Below, piece after piece: positions 1-12,640 of a stretch of DNA of 64,000 nt (its first letter is position 1; each line of letters opens with the position of its first letter). Made by a program: the position numbers and the translations under genes. Origin of the DNA: Eledone cirrhosa (taxonomy: Eukaryota). Location: positions 431,210,001-431,274,000 of the forward strand of contig OZ024740.1 in the NCBI GenBank assembly GCA_964016885.1, read 5' to 3'. The notes beneath the pieces were generated by a model that was not told the DNA's origin, did not search any database, and saw nothing but the letters and a program-made list of their open reading frames with translations.

Positions 1-19
1 CTTAACAGGAGTAAAGAGT

Positions 20-62
20 CCTCTCTACCTTACATGTCTCCAATTGTCAATCTTTAGAGAGG
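20..62. repeat. Intra-monomer 8-bp inverted repeat CCTCTCTA (20-27) / TAGAGAGG (55-62), present in every consensus monomer (first copy given)
   Basis: The arms are exact reverse complements. The intervening sequence contains palindromes ACATGT (32-37) and CAATTG (41-46). A second small inverted repeat TGTTA (64-68) / TAACA (75-79) lies in the other half of the monomer. Confidence 0.9.
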
Positions 63-2289
63 TTGTTATTCCCTTAACAGGAGTAAAGAGTCCTCTCTAC
101 CTTACATGTCTCCAATTGTCAATCTTTAGAGAGGTTGTTATTCCCTTAACAGGAGTAAAGAGTCCTCTCTACTTTACATGTCTCCAATTGTCAATCTTTA
201 GAGAGGTTGTTATTCTCTTAACGGGAGTAAAGAGTCCTCTCTACCTTACATGTCTCCAATTGTCAATCTTTAGAGAGGTTGTTATTCCCTTAACAGGAGT
301 AAAGAGTCCTCTCTACCTTACATGTCTCCAATTGTCAATCTTTAGAGAGGTTGTTATTCCCTTAACAGGAGTAAAGAGTCCTCTCTACTTTACATGTCTC
401 CAATTGTCAATCTTTAGAGAGGTTGTTATTCCCTTAACAGGAGTAAAGAGTCCTCTCTACCTTACATGTCTCCAATTGTCAATATTTACAGAGAGGTTGT
501 TATTCCCTTAACAGGAGTAAAGAGTGCTCTCTACCTTACATGTCTCCAATTGTCAATCTTTAGAGAGGTTGTTATTCCCTTAACAGGAGTAAAGAGTCCT
601 CTCTACCTTACATGTCTCCTAATTGTCAATCTTTAGAGAGGTTGTTATTCCCTTAACAGGAGTAAAGAGTCCTCTCTACCTTACATGTCTCCAATTGTCA
701 ATCTTTAGAGAGGTTGTTATTCTCTTAACGGGAGTAAAGAGTCCTCTCTACCTTACATGTCTCCAATTGTCAATCTTTAGAGAGGTTGTTATTCCCTTAA
801 CAGGAGTAAAGAGTCCTCTCTACCTTACATGTCTCCAATTGTCAATCTTTAGAGAGGTTGTTATTCCCTTAACAGGAGTAAAGAGTCCTCTCTACTTTAC
901 ATGTCACCAATTGTCAATCTTTAGAGAGGTTGTTATTCCCTTAACAGGAGTAAAGAGTCCTCTCTACCTTACATGTCTCCAATTGTCAATATTTACAGAG
1001 AGGTTGTTATTCCCTTAACAGGAGTAAAGAGTACTCTCTACCTTACATGTCTCCAATTGTCAATCTTTAGAGAGGTTGTTATTCCCTTAACAGGAGTAAA
1101 GAGTCCTCTCTACCTTACATGTCTCCAATTGTCAATCTTTAGAGAGGTTGTTATTCCCTTAACAGGATTAAAGAGTGCTCTCTACCTTACATGTCTCCAA
1201 TTGTCAATCTTTAGAGAGGTTGTTATTCCCTTAACAGGAGTAAAGAGTCCTCTCTACCTTACATATCTCCAATTGTCAATCTTTAGAGAGGTTGTTATTC
1301 CCTTAACAGGAGTAAAGAGTCCTCTCTACCTTACATGTCTCCAATTGTCAATCTTTACAGAGATGTTGTTATTCCCTTAACAGGAGTAAAGAGTCCACTC
1401 TACTTTACATGTCTCCAATTGTCAATCTTTAGAGAAGTTGTTATTCCCTTAACAGGAGTAAAGAGTCCTCTCTACCTTACATGTCTCCAATTGTCAATCT
1501 TTACAGAGAGGTTGTTATTCCCTTAACAGGAGTAAAGAGTCCTCTCTACCTTACATGTCTCCAATTGTCAATCTTTAGAGAGGTTGTTATTCCCTTAACA
1601 GGAGTAAAGAGGCCTCTCTACCTTACATGTCTCCAATTGTCAATCTTTAGAGAGGTTGTTATTCCCTTAACAGGAGTAAAGAGTCCTCTCTACCTTACAT
1701 GTCTCTCATTGTGAATCTTTAGAGAGGTTGTTATTCCCTTAACAGGAGTAAAGAGTCCTCTCTACCTTACATGTCTCCAATTGTCAATCTTTAGAGAGGT
1801 TGTTATTCCCTTAACAGGAGTAAAGAGTGCTCTCTACCTTACATGTCTCCAATTGTCAATCTTTAGAGAGGTTGTTATTCCCTTAACAGGAGTAAAGAGT
1901 CCTCTCTACTTTACACGTCTCCAATTGTCAATCTTTAGAGAGGTTGTTATTCACTTAACATGAGTAAAGAGTCCTCTCTACCTTACATGTCTCCAATTGT
2001 CAATCTTTAGAGAGGTTGTTATTCCCTTAACAGGAGTAAAGAGTCCTCTCTACCTTACATGTCTCCAATTGTCAATCTTTAGAGAGGTTGTTATTCCCTT
2101 AACAGGAGTAAAGAGGCCTCTCTACCTTACATGTCTCCAATTGTCAATCTTTAGAGAGGTTGTTATTCCCTTAACAGGAGTAAAGAGTCCTCTCTACCTT
2201 ACATGTCTCTCATTGTGAATCTTTAGAGAGGTTGTTATTCCCTTAACAGGAGTAAAGAGTCCTCTCTACCTTACATGTCTCCAATTGTC

Positions 2290-3860
2290 AATCTTTAGAG
2301 AGGTTGTTATTCCCTTAACAGGAGTAGAGTCCTCTCTACCTTACATGTCTCCAATTGTCAATCTTTAGAGAGGTTGTTATTCCCTTAACAGGAGTAAAGA
2401 GTCCTCTCTACTTTACATGTCTCAAATTGTCAATCTTTAGAGAGGTTGTTATTCCCTTAACGGGAGTAAAGAGTCCTCTCTACCTTACATGTCTCCAATT
2501 GTCAATCTTTAGAGAGGTTGTTATTCCCTTAACAGGAGTAAAGAGTCCTCTCTACTTTACATGTCTCAAATTGTCAATCTTTAGAGAGGTTGTTATTCCC
2601 TTAACGGGAGTAAAGAGTCCTCTCTACCTTACATGTCTCCAATTGTCAATCTTTAGAGAGGTTGTTATTCCCTTAACAGGAGTAAAGAGTCCTCTCTACC
2701 TTATGTCTCCAATTGTCAATCTTTAGAGAGGTTGTTATTCCCTTAACAGGAGTAAAGAGTGCTCTCTACCTTACATGTCTCCAATTGTCAATCTTTAGAG
2801 AGGTTGTTATTCCCTTAACAGGAGTAAAGAGTCCTCTCTACCTTACATGTCTCCTAATTGTCAATCTTTAGAGAGGTTGTTATTCCCTTAACAGGAGTAA
2901 AGAGTCCTCTCTACCTTACATGTCTCCAATTGTCAATCTTTAGAGAGGTTGTTATTCCCTTAACAGGAGTAAAGAGTCCTCTCTACTTTACATGTCTCCA
3001 ATTGTCAATCTTTAGAGAGGTTGTTATTCCCTTAACAGGAGTAAAGAGTCCTCTCTACCTTACATGTCTCCAATTGTCAATCTTTAGAGAGGTTGTTATT
3101 CCCTTAACAGGAGTAGAGTCCTCTCTACCTTACATGTCTCCAATTGTCAATCTTTAGAGAGGTTGTTATTCCCTTAACAGGAGTAAAGAGTCCTCTCTAC
3201 TTTACATGTCTCAAATTGTCAATCTTTAGAGAGGTTGTTATTCCCTTAACGGGAGTAAAGAGTCCTCTCTACCTTACATGTCTCCAATTGTCAATCTTTA
3301 GAGAGGTTGTTATTCCCTTAACAGGAGTAAAGAGTCCTCTCTACTTTACATGTCTCAAATTGTCAATCTTTAGAGAGGTTGTTATTCCCTTAACGGGAGT
3401 AAAGAGTCCTCTCTACCTTACATGTCTCCAATTGTCAATCTTTAGAGAGGTTGTTATTCCCTTAACAGGAGTAAAGAGTCCTCTCTACCTTATGTCTCCA
3501 ATTGTCAATCTTTAGAGAGGTTGTTATTCCCTTAACAGGAGTAAAGAGTGCTCTCTACCTTACATGTCTCCAATTGTCAATCTTTAGAGAGGTTGTTATT
3601 CCCTTAACAGGAGTAAAGAGTCCTCTCTACCTTACATGTCTCCTAATTGTCAATCTTTAGAGAGGTTGTTATTCCCTTAACAGGAGTAAAGAGTCCTCTC
3701 TACCTTACATGTCTCCAATTGTCAATCTTTAGAGAGGTTGTTATTCCCTTAACAGGAGTAAAGAGTCCTCTCTACTTTACATGTCTCCAATTGTCAATCT
3801 TTAGAGAGGTTGTTATTCCCTTAACAGGAGTAAAGAGTCCTCTCTACCTTACATGTCTCC
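2290..3860. repeat. Nested 789-bp (11-monomer) tandem duplication containing a 144-bp dimer duplication
   Basis: Offsets 2355/3144 and 2858/3647 equal 789. The variant order (-AA, [CTCAAATT, AACGGG] x2, CCTTATG, GTGC, +T) occurs twice. The pair recurs at 10640/11429 and 13301/14090. Confidence 0.9.
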
Positions 3861-6800
3861 AATTGTCAATATTTACAGAGAGGTTGTTATTCCCTTAACA
3901 GGAGTAAAGAGTGCTCTCTACCTTACATGTCTCCAATTGTCAATCTTTAGAGAGGTTGTTATTCCCTTAACAGGAGTAAAGAGTCCTCTCTACCTTACAT
4001 GTCTCCTAATTGTCAATCTTTAGAGAGGTTGTTATTCCCTTAACAGGAGTAAAGAGTCCTCTCTACCTTACATGTCTCCAATTGTCAATCTTTAGAGAGG
4101 TTGTTATTCCCTTAACAGGAGTAAAGAGTCCTCTCTACCTTACATGTCTCCAATTGTCAATCTTTAGAGAGGTTGTTATTCCCTTAACAGGAGTAAAGAG
4201 TCCTCTCTACTTTACATGTCTCCAATTGTCAATCTTTAGAGAGGTTGTTATTCTCTTAACGGGAGTAAAGAGTCCTCTCTACCTTACATGTCTCCAATTG
4301 TCAATCTTTAGAGAGGTTGTTATTCCCTTAACAGGAGTAAAGAGTCCTCTCTACCTTACATGTCTCCAATTGTCAATCTTTAGAGGGGTTGTTATTCCCT
4401 TAACAGGAGTAAAGAGTGCTCTCTACCTTACATGTCTCCAATTGTCAATCTTTAGAGAGGTTGTTATTCCCTTAACAGGAGTAAAGTGTCCTCTCTACCT
4501 TACATGTCTCCAATTGTCAATCTTTAGAGAGGTTGTTATTCCCTTAACAGGAGTAAAGAGTCCTCTCTACCTTACATGTCTCCAATTGTCAATCTTTACA
4601 GAGATGTTGTTATTCCCTTAACAGGAGTAAAGAGTCCACTCTACTTTACATGTCTCCAATTGTCAATCTTTAGAGAAGTTGTTATTCCCTTAACAGGAGT
4701 AAAGAGTCCTCTCTACCTTACATGTCTCCAATTGTCAATCTTTACAGAGAGGTTGTTATTCCCTTAACAGGAGTAAAGAGTCCTCTCTACCTTACATGTC
4801 TCCAATTGTCAATCTTTAGAGAGGTTGTTATTCCCTTAACAGGAGTAAAGAGTCCTCTCTACCTTACATGTCTCCAATTGTCAATCTTTAGAGAGGTTGT
4901 TATTCCCTTAACAGGAGTAAAGAGTCCTCTCTACCTTACATGTCTCCAATTGTCAATCTTTAGAGAGGTTGTTATTCCCTTAACAGGAGTAAAGAGTCCT
5001 CTCTACTTTACATGTCTCCAATTGTCAATCTTTAGAGAGGTTGTTATTCCCTTAACAGGAGTAAAGAGTCCTCTCTACCTTACATGTCTCCAATTGTCAA
5101 TCTTTAGAGAGGTTGTTATTCCCTAAACAGGAGTAGAGTCCTCTCTACCTTACATGTCTCAAATTGTCAATCTTTAGAGAGGTTGTTATTCCCTTAACAG
5201 GAGTAAAGAGGCCTCTCTACCTTACATGTCTCCAATTGTCAATCTTTAGAGAGGTTGTTATTCCCTTAACAGGAGTAAAGAGTCCTCTCTACCTTACATG
5301 TCTCTCATTGTGAATCTTTAGAGAGGTTGTTATTCCCTTAACAGGAGTAAAGAGTCCTCTCTACCTTACATGTCTCCAATTGTCAATCTTTAGAGAGGTT
5401 GTTATTCCCTTAACAGGAGTAAAGAGGCCTCTCTACCTTACATGTCTCCAATTGTCAATCTTTAGAGAGGTTGTTATTCCCTTAACAGGAGTAAAGAGTC
5501 CTCTCTACCTTACATGTCTCTCATTGTGAATCTTTAGAGAGGTTGTTATTCCCTTAACAGGAGTAAAGAGTCCTCTCTACCTTACATGTCTCCAATTGTC
5601 AATCTTTAGAGAGGTTGTTATTCCCTTAACAGGAGTAAAGAGTGCTCTCTACCTTACATGTCTCCAATTGTCAATCTTTAGAGAGGTTGTTATTCCCTTA
5701 ACAGGAGTAGAGTCCTCTCTACCTTACATGTCTCCAATTGTCAATCTTTAGAGAGGTTGTTATTCACTTAACATGAGTAAAGAGTCCTCTCTACCTTACA
5801 TGTCTCCAATTGTCAATCTTTAGAGAGGTTGTTATTCCCTTAACAGGAGTAAAGAGTCCTCTCTACCTTACATGTCTCCTAATTGTCAATCTTTAGAGAG
5901 GTTGTTATTCCCTTAACAGGAGTAAAGAGTCCTCTCTACCTTACATGTCTCCAATTGTCAATCTTTAGAGAGGTTGTTATTCCCTTAACAGGAGTAAAGA
6001 GTCCTCTCTACTTTACATGTCTCCAATTGTCAATCTTTAGAGAGGTTGTTATTCCCTTAACAGGAGTAAAGAGTCCTCTCTACCTTACATGTCTCCAATT
6101 GTCAATATTTACAGAGAGGTTGTTATTCCCTTAACAGGAGTAAAGAGTGCTCTCTACCTTACATGTCTCCAATTGTCAATCTTTAGAGAGGTTGTTATTC
6201 CCTTAACAGGAGTAAAGAGTCCTCTCTACCTTACATGTCTCCTAATTGTCAATCTTTAGAGAGGTTGTTATTCCCTTAACAGGAGTAAAGAGTCCTCTCT
6301 ACCTTACATGTCTCCAATTGTCAATCTTTAGAGAGGTTGTTATTCCCTTAACAGGAGTAAAGAGTCCTCTCTACCTTACATGTCTCCAATTGTCAATCTT
6401 TAGAGAGGTTGTTATTCCCTTAACAGGAGTAAAGAGTCCTCTCTACTTTACATGTCTCCAATTGTCAATCTTTAGAGAGGTTGTTATTCTCTTAACGGGA
6501 GTAAAGAGTCCTCTCTACCTTACATGTCTCCAATTGTCAATCTTTAGAGAGGTTGTTATTCCCTTAACAGGAGTAAAGAGTCCTCTCTACCTTACATGTC
6601 TCCAATTGTCAATCTTTAGAGAGGTTGTTATTCCCTTAACAGGAGTAAAGAGTCCTCTCTACTTTACATGTCTCCAATTGTCAATCTTTAGAGAGGTTGT
6701 TATTCCCTTAACAGGAGTAAAGAGTCCTCTCTACCTTACATGTCTCCAATTGTCAATATTTACAGAGAGGTTGTTATTCCCTTAACAGGAGTAAAGAGTG

Positions 6801-9629
6801 CTCTCTACCTTACATGTCTCCAATTGTCAATCTTTAGAGAGGTTGTTATTCCCTTAACAGGAGTAAAGAGTCCTCTCTACCTTACATGTCTCCTAATTGT
6901 CAATCTTTAGAGAGGTTGTTATTCCCTTAACAGGAGTAAAGAGTCCTCTCTACCTTACATGTCTCCAATTGTCAATCTTTAGAGAGGTTGTTATTCTCTT
7001 AACGGGAGTAAAGAGTCCTCTCTACCTTACATGTCTCCAATTGTCAATCTTTAGAGAGGTTGTTATTCCCTTAACAGGAGTAAAGAGTCCTCTCTACCTT
7101 ACATGTCTCCAATTGTCAATCTTTAGAGAGGTTGTTATTCCCTTAACAGGAGTAAAGAGTCCTCTCTACTTTACATGTCACCAATTGTCAATCTTTAGAG
7201 AGGTTGTTATTCCCTTAACAGGAGTAAAGAGTCCTCTCTACCTTACATGTCTCCAATTGTCAATATTTACAGAGAGGTTGTTATTCCCTTAACAGGAGTA
7301 AAGAGTACTCTCTACCTTACATGTCTCCAATTGTCAATCTTTAGAGAGGTTGTTATTCCCTTAACAGGAGTAAAGAGTCCTCTCTACCTTACATGTCTCC
7401 AATTGTCAATCTTTAGAGAGGTTGTTATTCCCTTAACAGGATTAAAGAGTGCTCTCTACCTTACATGTCTCCAATTGTCAATCTTTAGAGAGGTTGTTAT
7501 TCCCTTAACAGGAGTAAAGAGTCCTCTCTACCTTACATATCTCCAATTGTCAATCTTTAGAGAGGTTGTTATTCCCTTAACAGGAGTAAAGAGTCCTCTC
7601 TACCTTACATGTCTCCAATTGTCAATCTTTACAGAGATGTTGTTATTCCCTTAACAGGAGTAAAGAGTCCACTCTACTTTACATGTCTCCAATTGTCAAT
7701 CTTTAGAGAAGTTGTTATTCCCTTAACAGGAGTAAAGAGTCCTCTCTACCTTACATGTCTCCAATTGTCAATCTTTACAGAGAGGTTGTTATTCCCTTAA
7801 CAGGAGTAAAGAGTCCTCTCTACCTTACATGTCTCCAATTGTCAATCTTTAGAGAGGTTGTTATTCCCTTAACAGGAGTAAAGAGGCCTCTCTACCTTAC
7901 ATGTCTCCAATTGTCAATCTTTAGAGAGGTTGTTATTCCCTTAACAGGAGTAAAGAGTCCTCTCTACCTTACATGTCTCTCATTGTGAATCTTTAGAGAG
8001 GTTGTTATTCCCTTAACAGGAGTAAAGAGTCCTCTCTACCTTACATGTCTCCAATTGTCAATCTTTAGAGAGGTTGTTATTCCCTTAACAGGAGTAAAGA
8101 GTGCTCTCTACCTTACATGTCTCCAATTGTCAATCTTTAGAGAGGTTGTTATTCCCTTAACAGGAGTAAAGAGTCCTCTCTACTTTACACGTCTCCAATT
8201 GTCAATCTTTAGAGAGGTTGTTATTCACTTAACATGAGTAAAGAGTCCTCTCTACCTTACATGTCTCCAATTGTCAATCTTTAGAGAGGTTGTTATTCCC
8301 TTAACAGGAGTAAAGAGTCCTCTCTACCTTACATGTCTCCAATTGTCAATCTTTAGAGAGGTTGTTATTCCCTTAACAGGAGTAAAGAGGCCTCTCTACC
8401 TTACATGTCTCCAATTGTCAATCTTTAGAGAGGTTGTTATTCCCTTAACAGGAGTAAAGAGTCCTCTCTACCTTACATGTCTCTCATTGTGAATCTTTAG
8501 AGAGGTTGTTATTCCCTTAACAGGAGTAAAGAGTCCTCTCTACCTTACATGTCTCCAATTGTCAATCTTTAGAGAGGTTGTTATTCCCTTAACAGGAGTA
8601 GAGTCCTCTCTACCTTACATGTCTCCAATTGTCAATCTTTAGAGAGGTTGTTATTCCCTTAACAGGAGTAAAGAGTCCTCTCTACTTTACATGTCTCAAA
8701 TTGTCAATCTTTAGAGAGGTTGTTATTCCCTTAACGGGAGTAAAGAGTCCTCTCTACCTTACATGTCTCCAATTGTCAATCTTTAGAGAGGTTGTTATTC
8801 CCTTAACAGGAGTAAAGAGTCCTCTCTACTTTACATGTCTCAAATTGTCAATCTTTAGAGGTTGTTATTCCCTTAACGGGAGTAAAGAGTCCTCTCTACC
8901 TTACATGTCTCCAATTGTCAATCTTTAGAGAGGTTGTTATTCCCTTAACAGGAGTAAAGAGTCCTCTCTACCTTATGTCTCCAATTGTCAATCTTTAGAG
9001 AGGTTGTTATTCCCTTAACAGGAGTAAAGAGTGCTCTCTACCTTACATGTCTCCAATTGTCAATCTTTAGAGAGGTTGTTATTCCCTTAACAGGAGTAAA
9101 GAGTCCTCTCTACCTTACATGTCTCCTAATTGTCAATCTTTAGAGAGGTTGTTATTCCCTTAACAGGAGTAAAGAGTCCTCTCTACCTTACATGTCTCCA
9201 ATTGTCAATCTTTAGAGAGGTTGTTATTCCCTTAACAGGAGTAAAGAGTCCTCTCTACTTTACATGTCTCCAATTGTCAATCTTTAGAGAGGTTGTTATT
9301 CCCTTAACAGGAGTAAAGAGTCCTCTCTACCTTACATGTCTCCAATTGTCAATCTTTAGAGAGGTTGTTATTCCCTTAACAGGAGTAGAGTCCTCTCTAC
9401 CTTACATGTCTCCAATTGTCAATCTTTAGAGAGGTTGTTATTCCCTTAACAGGAGTAAAGAGTCCTCTCTACTTTACATGTCTCAAATTGTCAATCTTTA
9501 GAGAGGTTGTTATTCCCTTAACAGGAGTAAAGAGTCCTCTCTACCTTACATGTCTCCAATTGTCAATCTTTAGAGAGGTTGTTATTCCCTTAACAGGAGT
9601 AGAGTCCTCTCTACCTTACATGTCTCCAA

Positions 9630-12600
9630 TTGTCAATCTTTACAGAGATGTTGTTATTCCCTTAACAGGAGTAAAGAGTCCACTCTACTTTACATGTCTC
9701 CAATTGTCAATCTTTAGAGAAGTTGTTATTCCCTTAACAGGAGTAAAGAGTCCTCTCTACCTTACATGTCTCCAATTGTCAATCTTTACAGAGAGGTTGT
9801 TATTCCCTTAACAGGAGTAAAGAGTCCTCTCTACCTTACATGTCTCCAATTGTCAATCTTTAGAGAGGTTGTTATTCCCTTAACAGGAGTAAAGAGGCCT
9901 CTCTACCTTACATGTCTCCAATTGTCAATCTTTAGAGAGGTTGTTATTCCCTTAACAGGAGTAAAGAGTCCTCTCTACCTTACATGTCTCTCATTGTGAA
10001 TCTTTAGAGAGGTTGTTATTCCCTTAACAGGAGTAAAGAGTCCTCTCTACCTTACATGTCTCCAATTGTCAATCTTTAGAGAGGTTGTTATTCCCTTAAC
10101 AGGAGTAAAGAGTGCTCTCTACCTTACATGTCTCCAATTGTCAATCTTTAGAGAGGTTGTTATTCCCTTAACAGGAGTAAAGAGTCCTCTCTACTTTACA
10201 CGTCTCCAATTGTCAATCTTTAGAGAGGTTGTTATTCACTTAACATGAGTAAAGAGTCCTCTCTACCTTACATGTCTCCAATTGTCAATCTTTAGAGAGG
10301 TTGTTATTCCCTTAACAGGAGTAAAGAGTCCTCTCTACCTTACATGTCTCCAATTGTCAATCTTTAGAGAGGTTGTTATTCCCTTAACAGGAGTAAAGAG
10401 GCCTCTCTACCTTACATGTCTCCAATTGTCAATCTTTAGAGAGGTTGTTATTCCCTTAACAGGAGTAAAGAGTCCTCTCTACCTTACATGTCTCTCATTG
10501 TGAATCTTTAGAGAGGTTGTTATTCCCTTAACAGGAGTAAAGAGTCCTCTCTACCTTACATGTCTCCAATTGTCAATCTTTAGAGAGGTTGTTATTCCCT
10601 TAACAGGAGTAGAGTCCTCTCTACCTTACATGTCTCCAATTGTCAATCTTTAGAGAGGTTGTTATTCCCTTAACAGGAGTAAAGAGTCCTCTCTACTTTA
10701 CATGTCTCAAATTGTCAATCTTTAGAGAGGTTGTTATTCCCTTAACGGGAGTAAAGAGTCCTCTCTACCTTACATGTCTCCAATTGTCAATCTTTAGAGA
10801 GGTTGTTATTCCCTTAACAGGAGTAAAGAGTCCTCTCTACTTTACATGTCTCAAATTGTCAATCTTTAGAGAGGTTGTTATTCCCTTAACGGGAGTAAAG
10901 AGTCCTCTCTACCTTACATGTCTCCAATTGTCAATCTTTAGAGAGGTTGTTATTCCCTTAACAGGAGTAAAGAGTCCTCTCTACCTTATGTCTCCAATTG
11001 TCAATCTTTAGAGAGGTTGTTATTCCCTTAACAGGAGTAAAGAGTGCTCTCTACCTTACATGTCTCCAATTGTCAATCTTTAGAGAGGTTGTTATTCCCT
11101 TAACAGGAGTAAAGAGTCCTCTCTACCTTACATGTCTCCTAATTGTCAATCTTTAGAGAGGTTGTTATTCCCTTAACAGGAGTAAAGAGTCCTCTCTACC
11201 TTACATGTCTCCAATTGTCAATCTTTAGAGAGGTTGTTATTCCCTTAACAGGAGTAAAGAGTCCTCTCTACTTTACATGTCTCCAATTGTCAATCTTTAG
11301 AGAGGTTGTTATTCCCTTAACAGGAGTAAAGAGTCCTCTCTACCTTACATGTCTCCAATTGTCAATCTTTAGAGAGGTTGTTATTCCCTTAACAGGAGTA
11401 GAGTCCTCTCTACCTTACATGTCTCCAATTGTCAATCTTTAGAGAGGTTGTTATTCCCTTAACAGGAGTAAAGAGTCCTCTCTACTTTACATGTCTCAAA
11501 TTGTCAATCTTTAGAGAGGTTGTTATTCCCTTAACGGGAGTAAAGAGTCCTCTCTACCTTACATGTCTCCAATTGTCAATCTTTAGAGAGGTTGTTATTC
11601 CCTTAACAGGAGTAAAGAGTCCTCTCTACTTTACATGTCTCAAATTGTCAATCTTTAGAGAGGTTGTTATTCCCTTAACGGGAGTAAAGAGTCCTCTCTA
11701 CCTTACATGTCTCCAATTGTCAATCTTTAGAGAGGTTGTTATTCCCTTAACAGGAGTAAAGAGTCCTCTCTACCTTATGTCTCCAATTGTCAATCTTTAG
11801 AGAGGTTGTTATTCCCTTAACAGGAGTAAAGAGTGCTCTCTACCTTACATGTCTCCAATTGTCAATCTTTAGAGAGGTTGTTATTCCCTTAACAGGAGTA
11901 AAGAGTCCTCTCTACCTTACATGTCTCCTAATTGTCAATCTTTAGAGAGGTTGTTATTCCCTTAACAGGAGTAAAGAGTCCTCTCTACCTTACATGTCTC
12001 CAATTGTCAATCTTTAGAGAGGTTGTTATTCCCTTAACAGGAGTAAAGAGTCCTCTCTACTTTACATGTCTCCAATTGTCAATCTTTAGAGAGGTTGTTA
12101 TTCCCTTAACAGGAGTAAAGAGTCCTCTCTACCTTACATGTCTCCAATTGTCAATATTTACAGAGAGGTTGTTATTCCCTTAACAGGAGTAAAGAGTGCT
12201 CTCTACCTTACATGTCTCCAATTGTCAATCTTTAGAGAGGTTGTTATTCCCTTAACAGGAGTAAAGAGTCCTCTCTACCTTACATGTCTCCTAATTGTCA
12301 ATCTTTAGAGAGGTTGTTATTCCCTTAACAGGAGTAAAGAGTCCTCTCTACCTTACATGTCTCCAATTGTCAATCTTTAGAGAGGTTGTTATTCCCTTAA
12401 CAGGAGTAAAGAGTCCTCTCTACCTTACATGTCTCCAATTGTCAATCTTTAGAGAGGTTGTTATTCCCTTAACAGGAGTAAAGAGTCCTCTCTACTTTAC
12501 ATGTCTCCAATTGTCAATCTTTAGAGAGGTTGTTATTCTCTTAACGGGAGTAAAGAGTCCTCTCTACCTTACATGTCTCCAATTGTCAATCTTTAGAGAG

Positions 12601-12640
12601 GTTGTTATTCCCTTAACAGGAGTAAAGAGTCCTCTCTACC
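9630..12640. repeat. Copy of ~1345-4355 (offset 8285; offset 2011 relative to ~7620)
   Basis: ORF-track offsets 1481/9766, 1781/10066, 2355/10640, 3647/11932 and 4010/12295 all equal 8285. Confidence 0.85.

Larger units (their letters stand above)
1..9520. repeat. Higher-order duplication, offset 6274 bp (1-~3250 repeated at ~6275-9520)
   Basis: Rare variants ATGTCACCAA (~901 and ~7175) and GTACTCTC (~1031 and ~7305) are shared. ORF-track offsets 623/6897, 973/7247, 1335/7609 and 2355/8629 all equal 6274, and become 6272 after a 2-bp deletion near 8858. Confidence 0.9.

Noticed and set aside
1-72. AGGAG Shine-Dalgarno-like, TTGTCA -35-like and CCAAT motifs in each monomer
   Set aside because: These short motifs are expected by chance. 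AGGAG has no appropriately spaced start codon and there is no downstream gene.
1-80. TTAA-flanked MITE or transposon-derived unit (piggyBac/Kolobok type)
   Set aside because: Sequences on either side of TTAA do not form terminal inverted repeats. The 8-bp inverted repeat is internal with no target-site duplication, and no transposase is present.
1350-1445. Possible compensatory changes between inverted-repeat arms (CAGAGATG, CCACTCTA, TAGAGAAG)
   Set aside because: The reverse complement of CCACTCTA is TAGAGTGG, which matches neither neighbouring variant arm, so pairing is not restored.
8851-8865. Singleton 2-bp deletion (TTTAGAGGTTG) giving an altered ORF
   Set aside because: It is a single loss of one AG unit in a short dinucleotide run, so either slippage or a consensus error. 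No functional reading is supportable.
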